A DNA stretch of 64,000 nt from an uncultured Pseudomonadales bacterium. Lineage in GTDB: Bacteria > Patescibacteriota > Microgenomatia > UBA1400 > PJMF01. The notes below the pieces were generated by a model. That model saw only the letters and a list, made by a program, of their open reading frames with translations. It did not search any database and had not been told where the DNA came from. A program made the translations under genes and the position numbers. The stretch is from the NCBI GenBank assembly GCA_964393205.1, contig CAYMSV010000001.1:103440-167439 (forward strand). The letters are read 5' to 3'. Positions 38,848 to 47,245 of this stretch are shown piece after piece. The stretch's first letter is position 1. Each line of letters starts with the position of its first letter.

Positions 38848-41035
38848 AAAACGATTATTGAGATTTAAAAAAAATAAAAGCTTTCTTATTACTCATCAAT
38901 TATGTAGAAAGCTTTTATTTTTTCTTTTACTATTCTTTATATTTTCAAAAGCAAGTTTTGCGCAAACTGTAGATCCTGTAACTAGAAATGTAATAGTGTC
39001 AGCTAGTATTCCTGATACGATTCCTCCCTCAACACCAATTTTGATTACTCCAGAAGATGGAGCTAACGTTGATACGGCCCGTCCGGTTTTTCAGTGGTAT
39101 GAGAGTACAGACAATAAGGGCATGTCTCATTACGAATTTCGTCTAGATGGAAGATCTTGGTTTAACAATATTCCCCTATCTAGTTTTGCTAATGAAGATT
39201 ACAGTTTAAACTATGATGCCGGATCGGGAATTTATACTTTTGTAGCTAATCAAGATTTAAGTCATGGTACTCATCGTTGGCAAATTATTGCTTATGATCA
39301 GCTAAACAATAGTGCTGCCTCTACTATTTGGAATTTTAATGTTTTTGTTAATGAACCGCAGTTTACAATTAGGAAAATTGCGGATGTTAATACTAGTATA
39401 AGCTCCACCAATCCCTCAAGTGTTCCTGAGGAACCCATTACTCTTTTTTCAACTGATCCATTTGCTAATGAACCTTGGATTATAGCTCTAGGAGCTCCTA
39501 ATTTAGAGGTAGATTTAACAGTTATCATACCTAACAGTGCTGACCAATCTTTTAGCCAAGAGACCGATAGTAGTGGAAATTGGAGTTTACAGTTAGGTAT
39601 TTTACCTCGAGATGAGATAGTACGATTAGACTTTACTATTACTGACGTAGTTGGACACAAAAGCTATATTCGTGAGCTTTATATTATTATTAATCGGCAT
39701 TATTGGCCCCCCACCGCAATACCAACAGCGACAATTACCGAAACTCCTCCAACAACCGCTCCAACTTCTTTTATCTCTCCCAGTATTACTCCCAGTATCA
39801 CCACTTCTATTACACCAACTCAAGATCCAACTGTTACTCCGTCTATTACTCAAGCGAGCCCAGCGCCCGTAACTCCATTGCCCTCACCAGGTATTAGGGT
39901 GCCAATTATTCCACCAAAGGAAGTAGTTCATGATTTAGTTGAAGACGTTAAAAGAAGTTTGCCTGATCGAATAGCCAACTTAATGACTGATTTTAGTGGA
40001 TCGCCTATATGGAAAGCTGTAAATAATTTTTCAGCCATAGCTTTAGCTTTGCTATTGCCAATTGCCAGTTATTTGTTTGTGTTATTTAAGTTTTATCAAT
40101 CTTTTTCAATAAAAACCTTTCAAGAGGTTCTGATGGCCTTATGGCCTTGGTCTAAAAAAAGAAAAAATTTAGTATTTGAGTATCGCAATAGTCAGGCTGC
40201 TCCTTTGGTGAAAGTGGAACTAATAGACGCTGAAACGAATGAAGTTTTAGATTGGCAAATAACTAACTATTTAGGACGATTTATTAACTTTGATTGGCCG
40301 ACGGGACGTTCTCTCAAATTGAGAGTGAAAGATCATAATTTCTATTTTCCAATAGGTGGTGGTAAGCCACTTTATTTATCTTGGCACAATTTTTATCAGG
40401 GAGAAACTTTTAATTATCAAGAAGCCTCAAAAAATAAAAAAGTTGCTGCAAACATATTTGCTGGTCGACGAGCTCTAGCGATCCCTACGCTTTTGGCTCA
40501 AGGCAAACATAACCTACCCCTAATTGAGCGCCTCAGGGTTGTTTTGGCCTATTTAGTGACCTATCCAAGCTGGTTTTTTCTACTAAGTTTGTTTCCTGTG
40601 TTAATTTTAGTATTGAGGTATCCAAGCTTTTTGAATTATTTAGCACTTGTTTATTATTTTATAGTAGCATTCTTTAAACACGCTAATCGTTTAGGAAAAA
40701 AGACTTGGCAGTTTAGAGTATTAACCAGCAATGGCCACAAAGTTAATCAAAACCTAATACTTATCACTAATGATTTAATAAAAGGATATTCTCAAGCTCA
40801 AATAGTAAATATCAATGAGGCTTTGAGTCCTAAATTAAAATTTGTGAAAAATGAATTTATTTTTAGCTTACAAACAAAGGATTATGCCTTGTGGGATAGT
40901 CAGCGTGCAATTAGTGAAATGGAATATAGTCTTAGAAGAGAATCAATTGGTGAGTTTAAATTACATCTAATTGAAAGTTCTAATCACAGCCTTAGGATTT
41001 TGCAACCCCTTTGTCAATTATTGCACCAGCAATAA
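38828..41035 (+). CDS. Large surface protein: signal peptide, Ig/FN3-like domains, Pro/Thr linker, TM helices, carboxypeptidase-regulatory-like domain
   Basis: ..ASFA|QT; DTIPPSTPILITPEDG...P.FQW; HRWQIIAYD..NN; PT-rich linker; TM; PLVKVELID...ITNYLGRF...VKDHNFYFP; further TMs. Confidence 0.75.
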   Translation: MIKINNKKRLLRFKKNKSFLITHQLCRKLLFFLLLFFIFSKASFAQTVDPVTRNVIVSASIPDTIPPSTPILITPEDGANVDTARPVFQWYESTDNKGMSHYEFRLDGRSWFNNIPLSSFANEDYSLNYDAGSGIYTFVANQDLSHGTHRWQIIAYDQLNNSAASTIWNFNVFVNEPQFTIRKIADVNTSISSTNPSSVPEEPITLFSTDPFANEPWIIALGAPNLEVDLTVIIPNSADQSFSQETDSSGNWSLQLGILPRDEIVRLDFTITDVVGHKSYIRELYIIINRHYWPPTAIPTATITETPPTTAPTSFISPSITPSITTSITPTQDPTVTPSITQASPAPVTPLPSPGIRVPIIPPKEVVHDLVEDVKRSLPDRIANLMTDFSGSPIWKAVNNFSAIALALLLPIASYLFVLFKFYQSFSIKTFQEVLMALWPWSKKRKNLVFEYRNSQAAPLVKVELIDAETNEVLDWQITNYLGRFINFDWPTGRSLKLRVKDHNFYFPIGGGKPLYLSWHNFYQGETFNYQEASKNKKVAANIFAGRRALAIPTLLAQGKHNLPLIERLRVVLAYLVTYPSWFFLLSLFPVLILVLRYPSFLNYLALVYYFIVAFFKHANRLGKKTWQFRVLTSNGHKVNQNLILITNDLIKGYSQAQIVNINEALSPKLKFVKNEFIFSLQTKDYALWDSQRAISEMEYSLRRESIGEFKLHLIESSNHSLRILQPLCQLLHQQ

Positions 41036-42122
41036 CTAACAAATTTAACTTATCTTTTTTATAAAAAACTGCGGCTTGACCGCTGGCTGGAGCAAAGATT
41101 TTTTTATCTGTTCTTACAAGGATTTCATTTTTAATTTTTTTTACTTGGCAAGAAATTAATTGACCACTGTTGCGAATTTTAACTAAAGCAGAAAATTTTT
41201 CCTTTTTTTCCCATGATTTTTGATCCTGTTCTTTAATAAAGACCAAGTTTTTAATTGTAAATTCTTTTTTAAAACAAAGGTTTGCTTTTGCTACCACCAA
41301 TTGATTAGTTTTTTTCAGTTTATCTATGACAGCTAAAGCCGGGGGTTTATTTTTGGAAAAGCTAATTGCTTGACTATTTTTTAAGGCTTGATGATCGATA
41401 TTAAAACCTCGACGTTGGCCCAATGTATAAAAAGCTAATCCCTGGTGCTTACCAATGATTAAGCCTTTTTGGTCAATAATATCGCCCGATTTTTTTTGTA
41501 AATTTTCATTCAAAAATTCTTTTAAATTACTGTCTTTTAAAAAACAGATGTCAAAAGATTCTCGGTTCAAACAATCCAAATTATTTTTTTTAGCAATTTT
41601 TTTGACTTCTGATTTTTTTAAATTACCAAGTGGAAACAAAAGTTGGGCTAATTGTTTTTCTTGAAGTTGATACAAGAAGTAGCTTTGATCTTTATCTTGG
41701 TCTTCAGCAGCTGCTAGATAATAAGCATCCAATTTTTTAATAATTTTGGCATAATGACCAGTGGCCAAATGACTAAAGCCTTGTTCTTTAGCCCAATCAA
41801 ACAGGTAGCCAAATTTGAGAAGCTTGTTACAAACAGTGCAAGGATTAGGAGTATGTCCCTTTTGATAATTATTCAGCAAATAATCAACCACACATTTTTT
41901 CTGTTTTTGGGAGTAATCTAGAGTAATAAATGGAATTTTTAAGGATTGAGCAATTTGTTTAGCTATTTTACTTTCCTGAATAATTCGTTTTTTTTGTTCT
42001 TGATTACGAGCATACAGTTTTAAATAAACTGCACTAACATCAAAATTTTCTTTTTTTAATAAATAAGCAACAGTGCTGGAATCAACTCCTCCGGAAAGAG
42101 CAAGTAAAATTTTTTTTGACAT
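40992..42122 (-). CDS. mnmA: tRNA 2-thiouridine(34) synthase
   Basis: SGGVDS, TPNPCTVCN, ATGHYA, KDQSYFL, ESFDICF, TLGQRRG, GQAAVFY. Confidence 0.97.
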   Translation of the reverse strand: MSKKILLALSGGVDSSTVAYLLKKENFDVSAVYLKLYARNQEQKKRIIQESKIAKQIAQSLKIPFITLDYSQKQKKCVVDYLLNNYQKGHTPNPCTVCNKLLKFGYLFDWAKEQGFSHLATGHYAKIIKKLDAYYLAAAEDQDKDQSYFLYQLQEKQLAQLLFPLGNLKKSEVKKIAKKNNLDCLNRESFDICFLKDSNLKEFLNENLQKKSGDIIDQKGLIIGKHQGLAFYTLGQRRGFNIDHQALKNSQAISFSKNKPPALAVIDKLKKTNQLVVAKANLCFKKEFTIKNLVFIKEQDQKSWEKKEKFSALVKIRNSGQLISCQVKKIKNEILVRTDKKIFAPASGQAAVFYKKDKLNLLVIAGAIIDKGVAKS

Positions 42123-42124
42123 AG

Positions 42125-43090
42125 TTAGAAAATAAAGTTACGTTTAGCCAAAACCTTAACTCTTTTTTGATAAGCTAATGGATCATAGGTATAAAATTTG
42201 GGTAATAGAGCTTGGTAACTTGGATTCATTTTTTGAGCTTTTGCAATATCCTCAATGGCTAATTTTCCATAATATAGGAGACTGGGATTATATTGGTGGT
42301 TTTTTAAATATTTTAAAACTTGCTCAAAACCTTCTAGGTAAACAAAGCTTTTGCTGAAGCCTCCTGGCAAACTAGTGTCTGTTAAGCCTCTTTTATTTTT
42401 TAGAGCATAAGACCAAGATTTTTGAGAATCTTGTAAATATTCGTAGAAAAAAGCGTAGACCGTTTTAAAATCTTTTTTTTGAGCTACTTGAGCGCCCAAA
42501 TAGGATAAAGCAGTTTTAAAAATCAATTGTTGTTCGCTGTTTAAATATTGATGAATAACAGCCAATCCTTCTTCGGTACGCAAATGATTGCTAAATCCAT
42601 AGTGTTTTTTACGACGGTACCAGTCTTGTTTCTCATAATTTTCTTGACGCAGGATATGGGTGCCTATTTCATGATCTAGAGTATTACTTAATTTTTGTTT
42701 AGAAAAAGCAACAGGCAATCTAACTTTAATCGTATTATTTTTGAAATTAACAGCAAATCGACTAGTAAAATCTTTATCAAAGACTAGCTGATATTTTTTA
42801 TTCAATGAATATTCAGCTAAATATTTCTCAATGATTTGAGATGTAGTTTTAGTATCTAATTTTTCATTTGATAGTTGGTTTTTTTGAAAAAGGTTTTCTT
42901 TTTTAGCCTGTTTAATAATTTTTTTAGCTAAACGAGAATAGCGCCAACGAGACCTACCATAAAAATCCAAATCGCTTTGTTTTATTGTTGTTTGATATTT
43001 AAATTGAGGGTTGTAGTTAGTATTATTGGCAAAAAATTTTTCTTTTTCTGCTAACAAATTAACTGGTACTAATTCACTAAGTTTAAGCAT
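42125..43090 (-). CDS. DUF1704 (MATCAP-like) gluzincin metallo-carboxypeptidase
   Basis: YNPQFKY; HEIGTH (HExxxH); TEEGLA; KRGLTDTSLPGGFSK..VYLEG; LYYGK; ATG at 43090 overlaps the upstream stop. Confidence 0.88.
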   Translation of the reverse strand: MLKLSELVPVNLLAEKEKFFANNTNYNPQFKYQTTIKQSDLDFYGRSRWRYSRLAKKIIKQAKKENLFQKNQLSNEKLDTKTTSQIIEKYLAEYSLNKKYQLVFDKDFTSRFAVNFKNNTIKVRLPVAFSKQKLSNTLDHEIGTHILRQENYEKQDWYRRKKHYGFSNHLRTEEGLAVIHQYLNSEQQLIFKTALSYLGAQVAQKKDFKTVYAFFYEYLQDSQKSWSYALKNKRGLTDTSLPGGFSKSFVYLEGFEQVLKYLKNHQYNPSLLYYGKLAIEDIAKAQKMNPSYQALLPKFYTYDPLAYQKRVKVLAKRNFIF

Positions 43091-44381
43091 TTTGACTATT
43101 AGGATCAATTAGAAAACCATCTAAATCTTGGCGGCCAAGTTCTAGCTTATGTTGACGATGATTTAGTTTCTTACTAACTAACATGGTGGTTTTAACAATG
43201 TGACCTTTTAATTTAAATTTAACTTCCACGACAGGCAAACTACCTTCTTCTTTTTCTTTTTGAAACCACAATAAATCTTCTAGGTCTAATAAACCTAGTT
43301 CACCAGCCAAATCACGAGCAATAGCACTATGAAGTCGTCCAGTATTAATAAAAGCTGAAGTGGAAATTCCTTGTTTTTTTTCACCATACAGAATAATTTC
43401 TTCTCGCAAATTAATTTTAGTAATTTCATTTTTTATTTTAACTCGATTTGAAAAATCACTGGCAAATAAAGCCTGGGCAATTTTTACTCCATGTTCGGGA
43501 TTAATGACATTTAGACCTTCTACTCTTTCTAATCGACGACGCATGCCGGCACGATTGGCAGCTTGAATTGATAATCCTGGTGTGGCATTAAGTTCAACCA
43601 CCATTGGACCTTTAGTCTTATGTAAGAAAATGTCGATTCCAGAAAAGGCCAGATCTGCGACTTCGCTGGCTTGGACGGCGGTTAATAAGGCTTTGTACCA
43701 ATTGGGAATAGTAATGCCGTTAAGCTTTTTTTTGGTTCCTGGTAAATATTGAATATTTTGTTTTTTATGAGCAACGGCATGAGTGGTAATACCACTAGCA
43801 ATATCAATTCCTACAGCAATTGCTCCCTGTGTAACATTAGCGCGACCCGCAGACTCTTCAGTAGGTAAACGTAACATGGCCATAACAGGTACACTGTTGA
43901 AAACAATAACTCTAATATCGGGTGTGCCCTTATAAGAATATTTTAATAACTTAGGATGAATTGGAATACGTTCTTCAATAATAACGTTATGATTGGTGCC
44001 GTGAATGCTATATTGTCCAGCCAAAATGTTTCTGCAATGTAATTTGATGTCGTCTTCATCCCACTTTTCTCCTAAAACATCTAACCAATACTGGCTATTA
44101 ACTTTATTTCTAAAGGCAATAACACCAGTGCCGGCATGACCATTAGTGGGTTTGATAACAAAATCACCCTCTAGTTTTTGCCAATTAAAATCATTAACGT
44201 CTTCATCGGTGCCTAAAATGCCATAGATTTCTGCAGAGGGAATATTATTGTCGTTTAATAATATTTTAGTGGCGTATTTAGAACGAGCGATAGCTTTAGC
44301 TTTACGAGAATTACGACTCACATATAAACTGTTGCGAGCATTGATGCCTAGGAGGTCGCTGGCTGTGGCTTGTTTAGTCAT
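43083..44381 (-). CDS. ATP-grasp peptide ligase (alpha-L-glutamate ligase-like, RimK-related) fused to a C-terminal retropepsin-like domain
   Basis: LGINARN; SKYATK; FVIKPTNGHAGTG; PDIRVIV; AMLRLPT; GRANVTQG; VVELNATPGLSIQ.AN; C-terminal AFINTG...LGRQDL. Confidence 0.88.
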   Translation of the reverse strand: MTKQATASDLLGINARNSLYVSRNSRKAKAIARSKYATKILLNDNNIPSAEIYGILGTDEDVNDFNWQKLEGDFVIKPTNGHAGTGVIAFRNKVNSQYWLDVLGEKWDEDDIKLHCRNILAGQYSIHGTNHNVIIEERIPIHPKLLKYSYKGTPDIRVIVFNSVPVMAMLRLPTEESAGRANVTQGAIAVGIDIASGITTHAVAHKKQNIQYLPGTKKKLNGITIPNWYKALLTAVQASEVADLAFSGIDIFLHKTKGPMVVELNATPGLSIQAANRAGMRRRLERVEGLNVINPEHGVKIAQALFASDFSNRVKIKNEITKINLREEIILYGEKKQGISTSAFINTGRLHSAIARDLAGELGLLDLEDLLWFQKEKEEGSLPVVEVKFKLKGHIVKTTMLVSKKLNHRQHKLELGRQDLDGFLIDPNSQNA

Positions 44382-44393
44382 AGTTGACTTTTC

Positions 44394-45440
44394 TTATTCT
44401 TCTAGTCCTGAAAAATCATCAGTCATAAATTTTTTAAATTTTTGGGACTGACTTTTGTTACTAAGCAAGTCTTTGAAGCGAAAATATTCAAAGATTCTTA
44501 GTCCGGTGTAGCGACCGATAGCTAGATTAATCACTGTTACCAGTAGAATGGTTAATTCAGGTTTTAAAATAACAAATTTCCTGACGGTTTCATTATCTAC
44601 CAACAAAGTACCAACAATTGCCAATATCAATGTTTCAAAAGTTACGCTGAGAGCCTCTCCTCTGCTAGCAAACATTTGAGTGGTCATAAAGTTCTCAGTA
44701 AGCAAAATAATAATAAGCAATGGGAAGATGCTTACATTAAGCACTAAATCAATTTTGAATAAAGAACCAATAATCAATAAAAATAATATTGACATCGAGA
44801 CAATGAGTAGGAGCATAGCTGTTTTTGGCAAGAGTGGCATTTTTAAAAACTTTACTAGATATCTAGCTAAAGTTGCTGATAAAAGTACAGCTAAAAACAA
44901 AATAATGCCCGCTAGTAGACCAGTAGATACAAAAGCTACTGATAAAACTGCTGGAATATAAATACCAAAACCTTTAAAACCAATTACATGTCTAGCTAAG
45001 GCTACAATTGAAGCAATGACTGGAAAAATTAGCATAATTACTACTAAGCTAGTTGGTAAACCTTGAGCAACAGCAAGACGAATAGCTTTTTGTAGAAAAT
45101 TAGTTGGACTAAGTGGACCAATAGGATTTTCATCTAAATGTGCTGCTAAAACACTTTTTTGTCTGCCCGTAGTTTCAGTAATGTCTTCGTCAGTTTTTTG
45201 TTGAATTTTTTCTACTATTTCTGCTGATGGCGAGGATAATTTAACACTATCGCTTGCCTCTGCTTCTTCAGTTGCCTCTTCAATTACTTCTAAATTTTCT
45301 AGATCTTCTCCTTCAAATTGAATGGGATTAATGGTTTGAGCGTAAATTTTTTGCTGTTTTAGATTTGGCCAAAAAGCCAGAACAAGAAAGGCAAAAATAA
45401 AAATCAATAAATAAGTGGGTAAGATTTTTTTAAAATTCAT
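44394..45440 (-). CDS. 7TM (transglutaminase-associated) membrane protein with acidic extracellular N-region
   Basis: RHVIGFKGFGIYIPA; SIFPLLIIILLTENF; GRYTGLRIFEYFRF; characteristic of 7TM_transglut. Confidence 0.88.
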   Translation of the reverse strand: MNFKKILPTYLLIFIFAFLVLAFWPNLKQQKIYAQTINPIQFEGEDLENLEVIEEATEEAEASDSVKLSSPSAEIVEKIQQKTDEDITETTGRQKSVLAAHLDENPIGPLSPTNFLQKAIRLAVAQGLPTSLVVIMLIFPVIASIVALARHVIGFKGFGIYIPAVLSVAFVSTGLLAGIILFLAVLLSATLARYLVKFLKMPLLPKTAMLLLIVSMSILFLLIIGSLFKIDLVLNVSIFPLLIIILLTENFMTTQMFASRGEALSVTFETLILAIVGTLLVDNETVRKFVILKPELTILLVTVINLAIGRYTGLRIFEYFRFKDLLSNKSQSQKFKKFMTDDFSGLEE

Positions 45441-45459
45441 AATGGTTCGTGTTACAACT

Positions 45460-45822
45460 TTATAAGATGAAATTAATAGTTCTTTGACAAAAACTAATTA
45501 GACTGGAAACTAAAAGTAGACTAAAAAATTGATTTAGGCGTAAACCAAAGACAATCATTGGGGCAATATTAAAGCCTGGTACAAAATAAGTAGCCAGCCA
45601 AAGGATAAAAACACTAATAACCATAGAAAATAAGCCAAGAGTGACAATATTAATAGGTAAAAAAAGAAGTTTTAAAATTGGTTTAATAATTTTTTCAAGG
45701 ATAGTCAGGACGATAGCGGCTAAAATAAGAGTAAAATAGCTACTATAGCCAACATTAGGTAAAGCCCAGGCTAAAATAGCAATGGTGGCGATTAATACAA
45801 TAACTGGCTTAAGTATTTTCAT
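45460..45822 (-). CDS. YvlD/DUF360 (phage holin family 4) membrane protein
   Basis: IKPILKLLFLPINIVTLGLF; VPGF; 4 TM segments. Confidence 0.9.
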   Translation of the reverse strand: MKILKPVIVLIATIAILAWALPNVGYSSYFTLILAAIVLTILEKIIKPILKLLFLPINIVTLGLFSMVISVFILWLATYFVPGFNIAPMIVFGLRLNQFFSLLLVSSLISFCQRTINFIL

Positions 45823-45853
45823 AAAATAGCTCTATATTTAGCTTTTCTTCTTG

Positions 45854-47245
45854 TTATTGTAAAAGATTTTGCTCTCTTAGTCTAGTATGCTGCTTTTTGG
45901 CGAAACGATGGGCCTCATCTCTTAAACGAACAACTAGGTGAAGAGTTGGATGGTTGCTGGGCAACTTGATTTCAATGCTTCGCCACCCGTTATTGGGTTT
46001 TTCTTGATTTTTTGGACGAAGTAAAACTAACCGATCTGGATTTTTAACTACAGATACAATTGGACAATTGAAAAATTGAGGATTTTTTTGCCAAACACGC
46101 TGAGCACTGCGCAACTGTCCTTTACCTCCATCAATGACTATTAAATCTGGTCTACCCCACTCTGGGTGTTTTTGCCTGCGCAATAGTGCTTCTTGCAACA
46201 TAGCATAGTCGTTAGGAGTGGCCTGTTGACGAATTTTAAAGAATTTATACTCACTTTTTTCAGGCTGGCCATCAATAAAACAAACCATGGAAACAGTAGC
46301 TTGTTGTCCTTGAGTATTGCTAACATCATAAGCTTCTATGCGTTGAAAACGATATTTTAAATCAACTATGCCCTGCTGATGCATAATTTGGCGCAAGTGC
46401 ACCAATGCCTCTTCTTGGATTTTCTTGGTTAAATTGGGCAAGATTAAATCAGGTTTTAAACGATACTGTTCTTGAGTAATTTCATTAATTAAATCAATTT
46501 TATTTTTAATTTTTTGTGCTTCTTCAAAATTTTCAGATTTTGCCAAGTTTTTCATTTCTTGAGTCAATTGTTTAATCAAATTTTTATTTTGACCACGAAG
46601 AAGTAATATTAGTTGTTTAATATTATCTTGGTAAGATGATGAATCAATTTTATTGCAACAAGCTCCAGGACAAAGCTCTAGATGATAATAAAGGCAAGCT
46701 TTATTTTCTTTTTTGTTTTTTTTATTACACCAGGGAAAGATTTGTCTAGCTATTTTTAATAATTCATCAACTTTATAACTACTAGCAAAAGGACCTAAAA
46801 TGGCCATGGATTTTTGAAACTGTTTCTTTTTTAAATCAGTTTTTCGCAGTCGTAATAATTTTGGATAATCTTCTTGAGTAAAAAAAAGATAAAGTCGAGA
46901 TTTATCGTCTTTGAGTAGACTGTTGTAAAAAGGTTGATGAGCTCTAATTAATTCTGCCTCAATCAGCAGAGCTTGAAGTTCGCTTTTTAGAATCTGAGTT
47001 CTGACTGTCTTGGCCTTTTTGACTAATTGTTGGATCTTGGCTGAGAGCTGAGGATAGCGAGTGTAACTCTTGATCCTTTTCTTCAAGTTTTTGGCTTTGC
47101 CGACGTAAAGTACTTGTGAGTCTGCGTCCAAAAAGGAATAAACTCCCGGCTGCGAGGGCAAGGACGACAAGTCCTGCGCCCAGGAAAAGTATTTTTTCTG
47201 GGTTTTCAACAGTGATTTTTCCGAACCCTTTGACTTCGACTTCAT
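45854..47245 (-). CDS. uvrC: Excinuclease ABC subunit C (no C-terminal HhH)
   Basis: LPSQPGVY...YVGKAKNLKKR; ALLIEAELI; CLYYHLELCPGAC; RIEAYDVSN; PDLIVIDGGKGQL; LRDEAHRFA. Confidence 0.95.
   Translation of the reverse strand: MKSKSKGSEKSLLKTQKKYFSWAQDLSSLPSQPGVYSFLDADSQVLYVGKAKNLKKRIKSYTRYPQLSAKIQQLVKKAKTVRTQILKSELQALLIEAELIRAHQPFYNSLLKDDKSRLYLFFTQEDYPKLLRLRKTDLKKKQFQKSMAILGPFASSYKVDELLKIARQIFPWCNKKNKKENKACLYYHLELCPGACCNKIDSSSYQDNIKQLILLLRGQNKNLIKQLTQEMKNLAKSENFEEAQKIKNKIDLINEITQEQYRLKPDLILPNLTKKIQEEALVHLRQIMHQQGIVDLKYRFQRIEAYDVSNTQGQQATVSMVCFIDGQPEKSEYKFFKIRQQATPNDYAMLQEALLRRQKHPEWGRPDLIVIDGGKGQLRSAQRVWQKNPQFFNCPIVSVVKNPDRLVLLRPKNQEKPNNGWRSIEIKLPSNHPTLHLVVRLRDEAHRFAKKQHTRLREQNLLQ

Noticed and set aside
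39715-39890. Short tandem repeats (e.g. CTCCCAGTAT twice) as a CRISPR or VNTR
   Set aside because: They encode the Pro/Thr/Ser linker of the 735-aa protein; there is no repeat-spacer structure.
45460-45822. 'Phage holin' as evidence of a prophage
   Set aside because: YvlD/DUF360 commonly sits beside uvr genes on chromosomes; no other phage genes are in the window.
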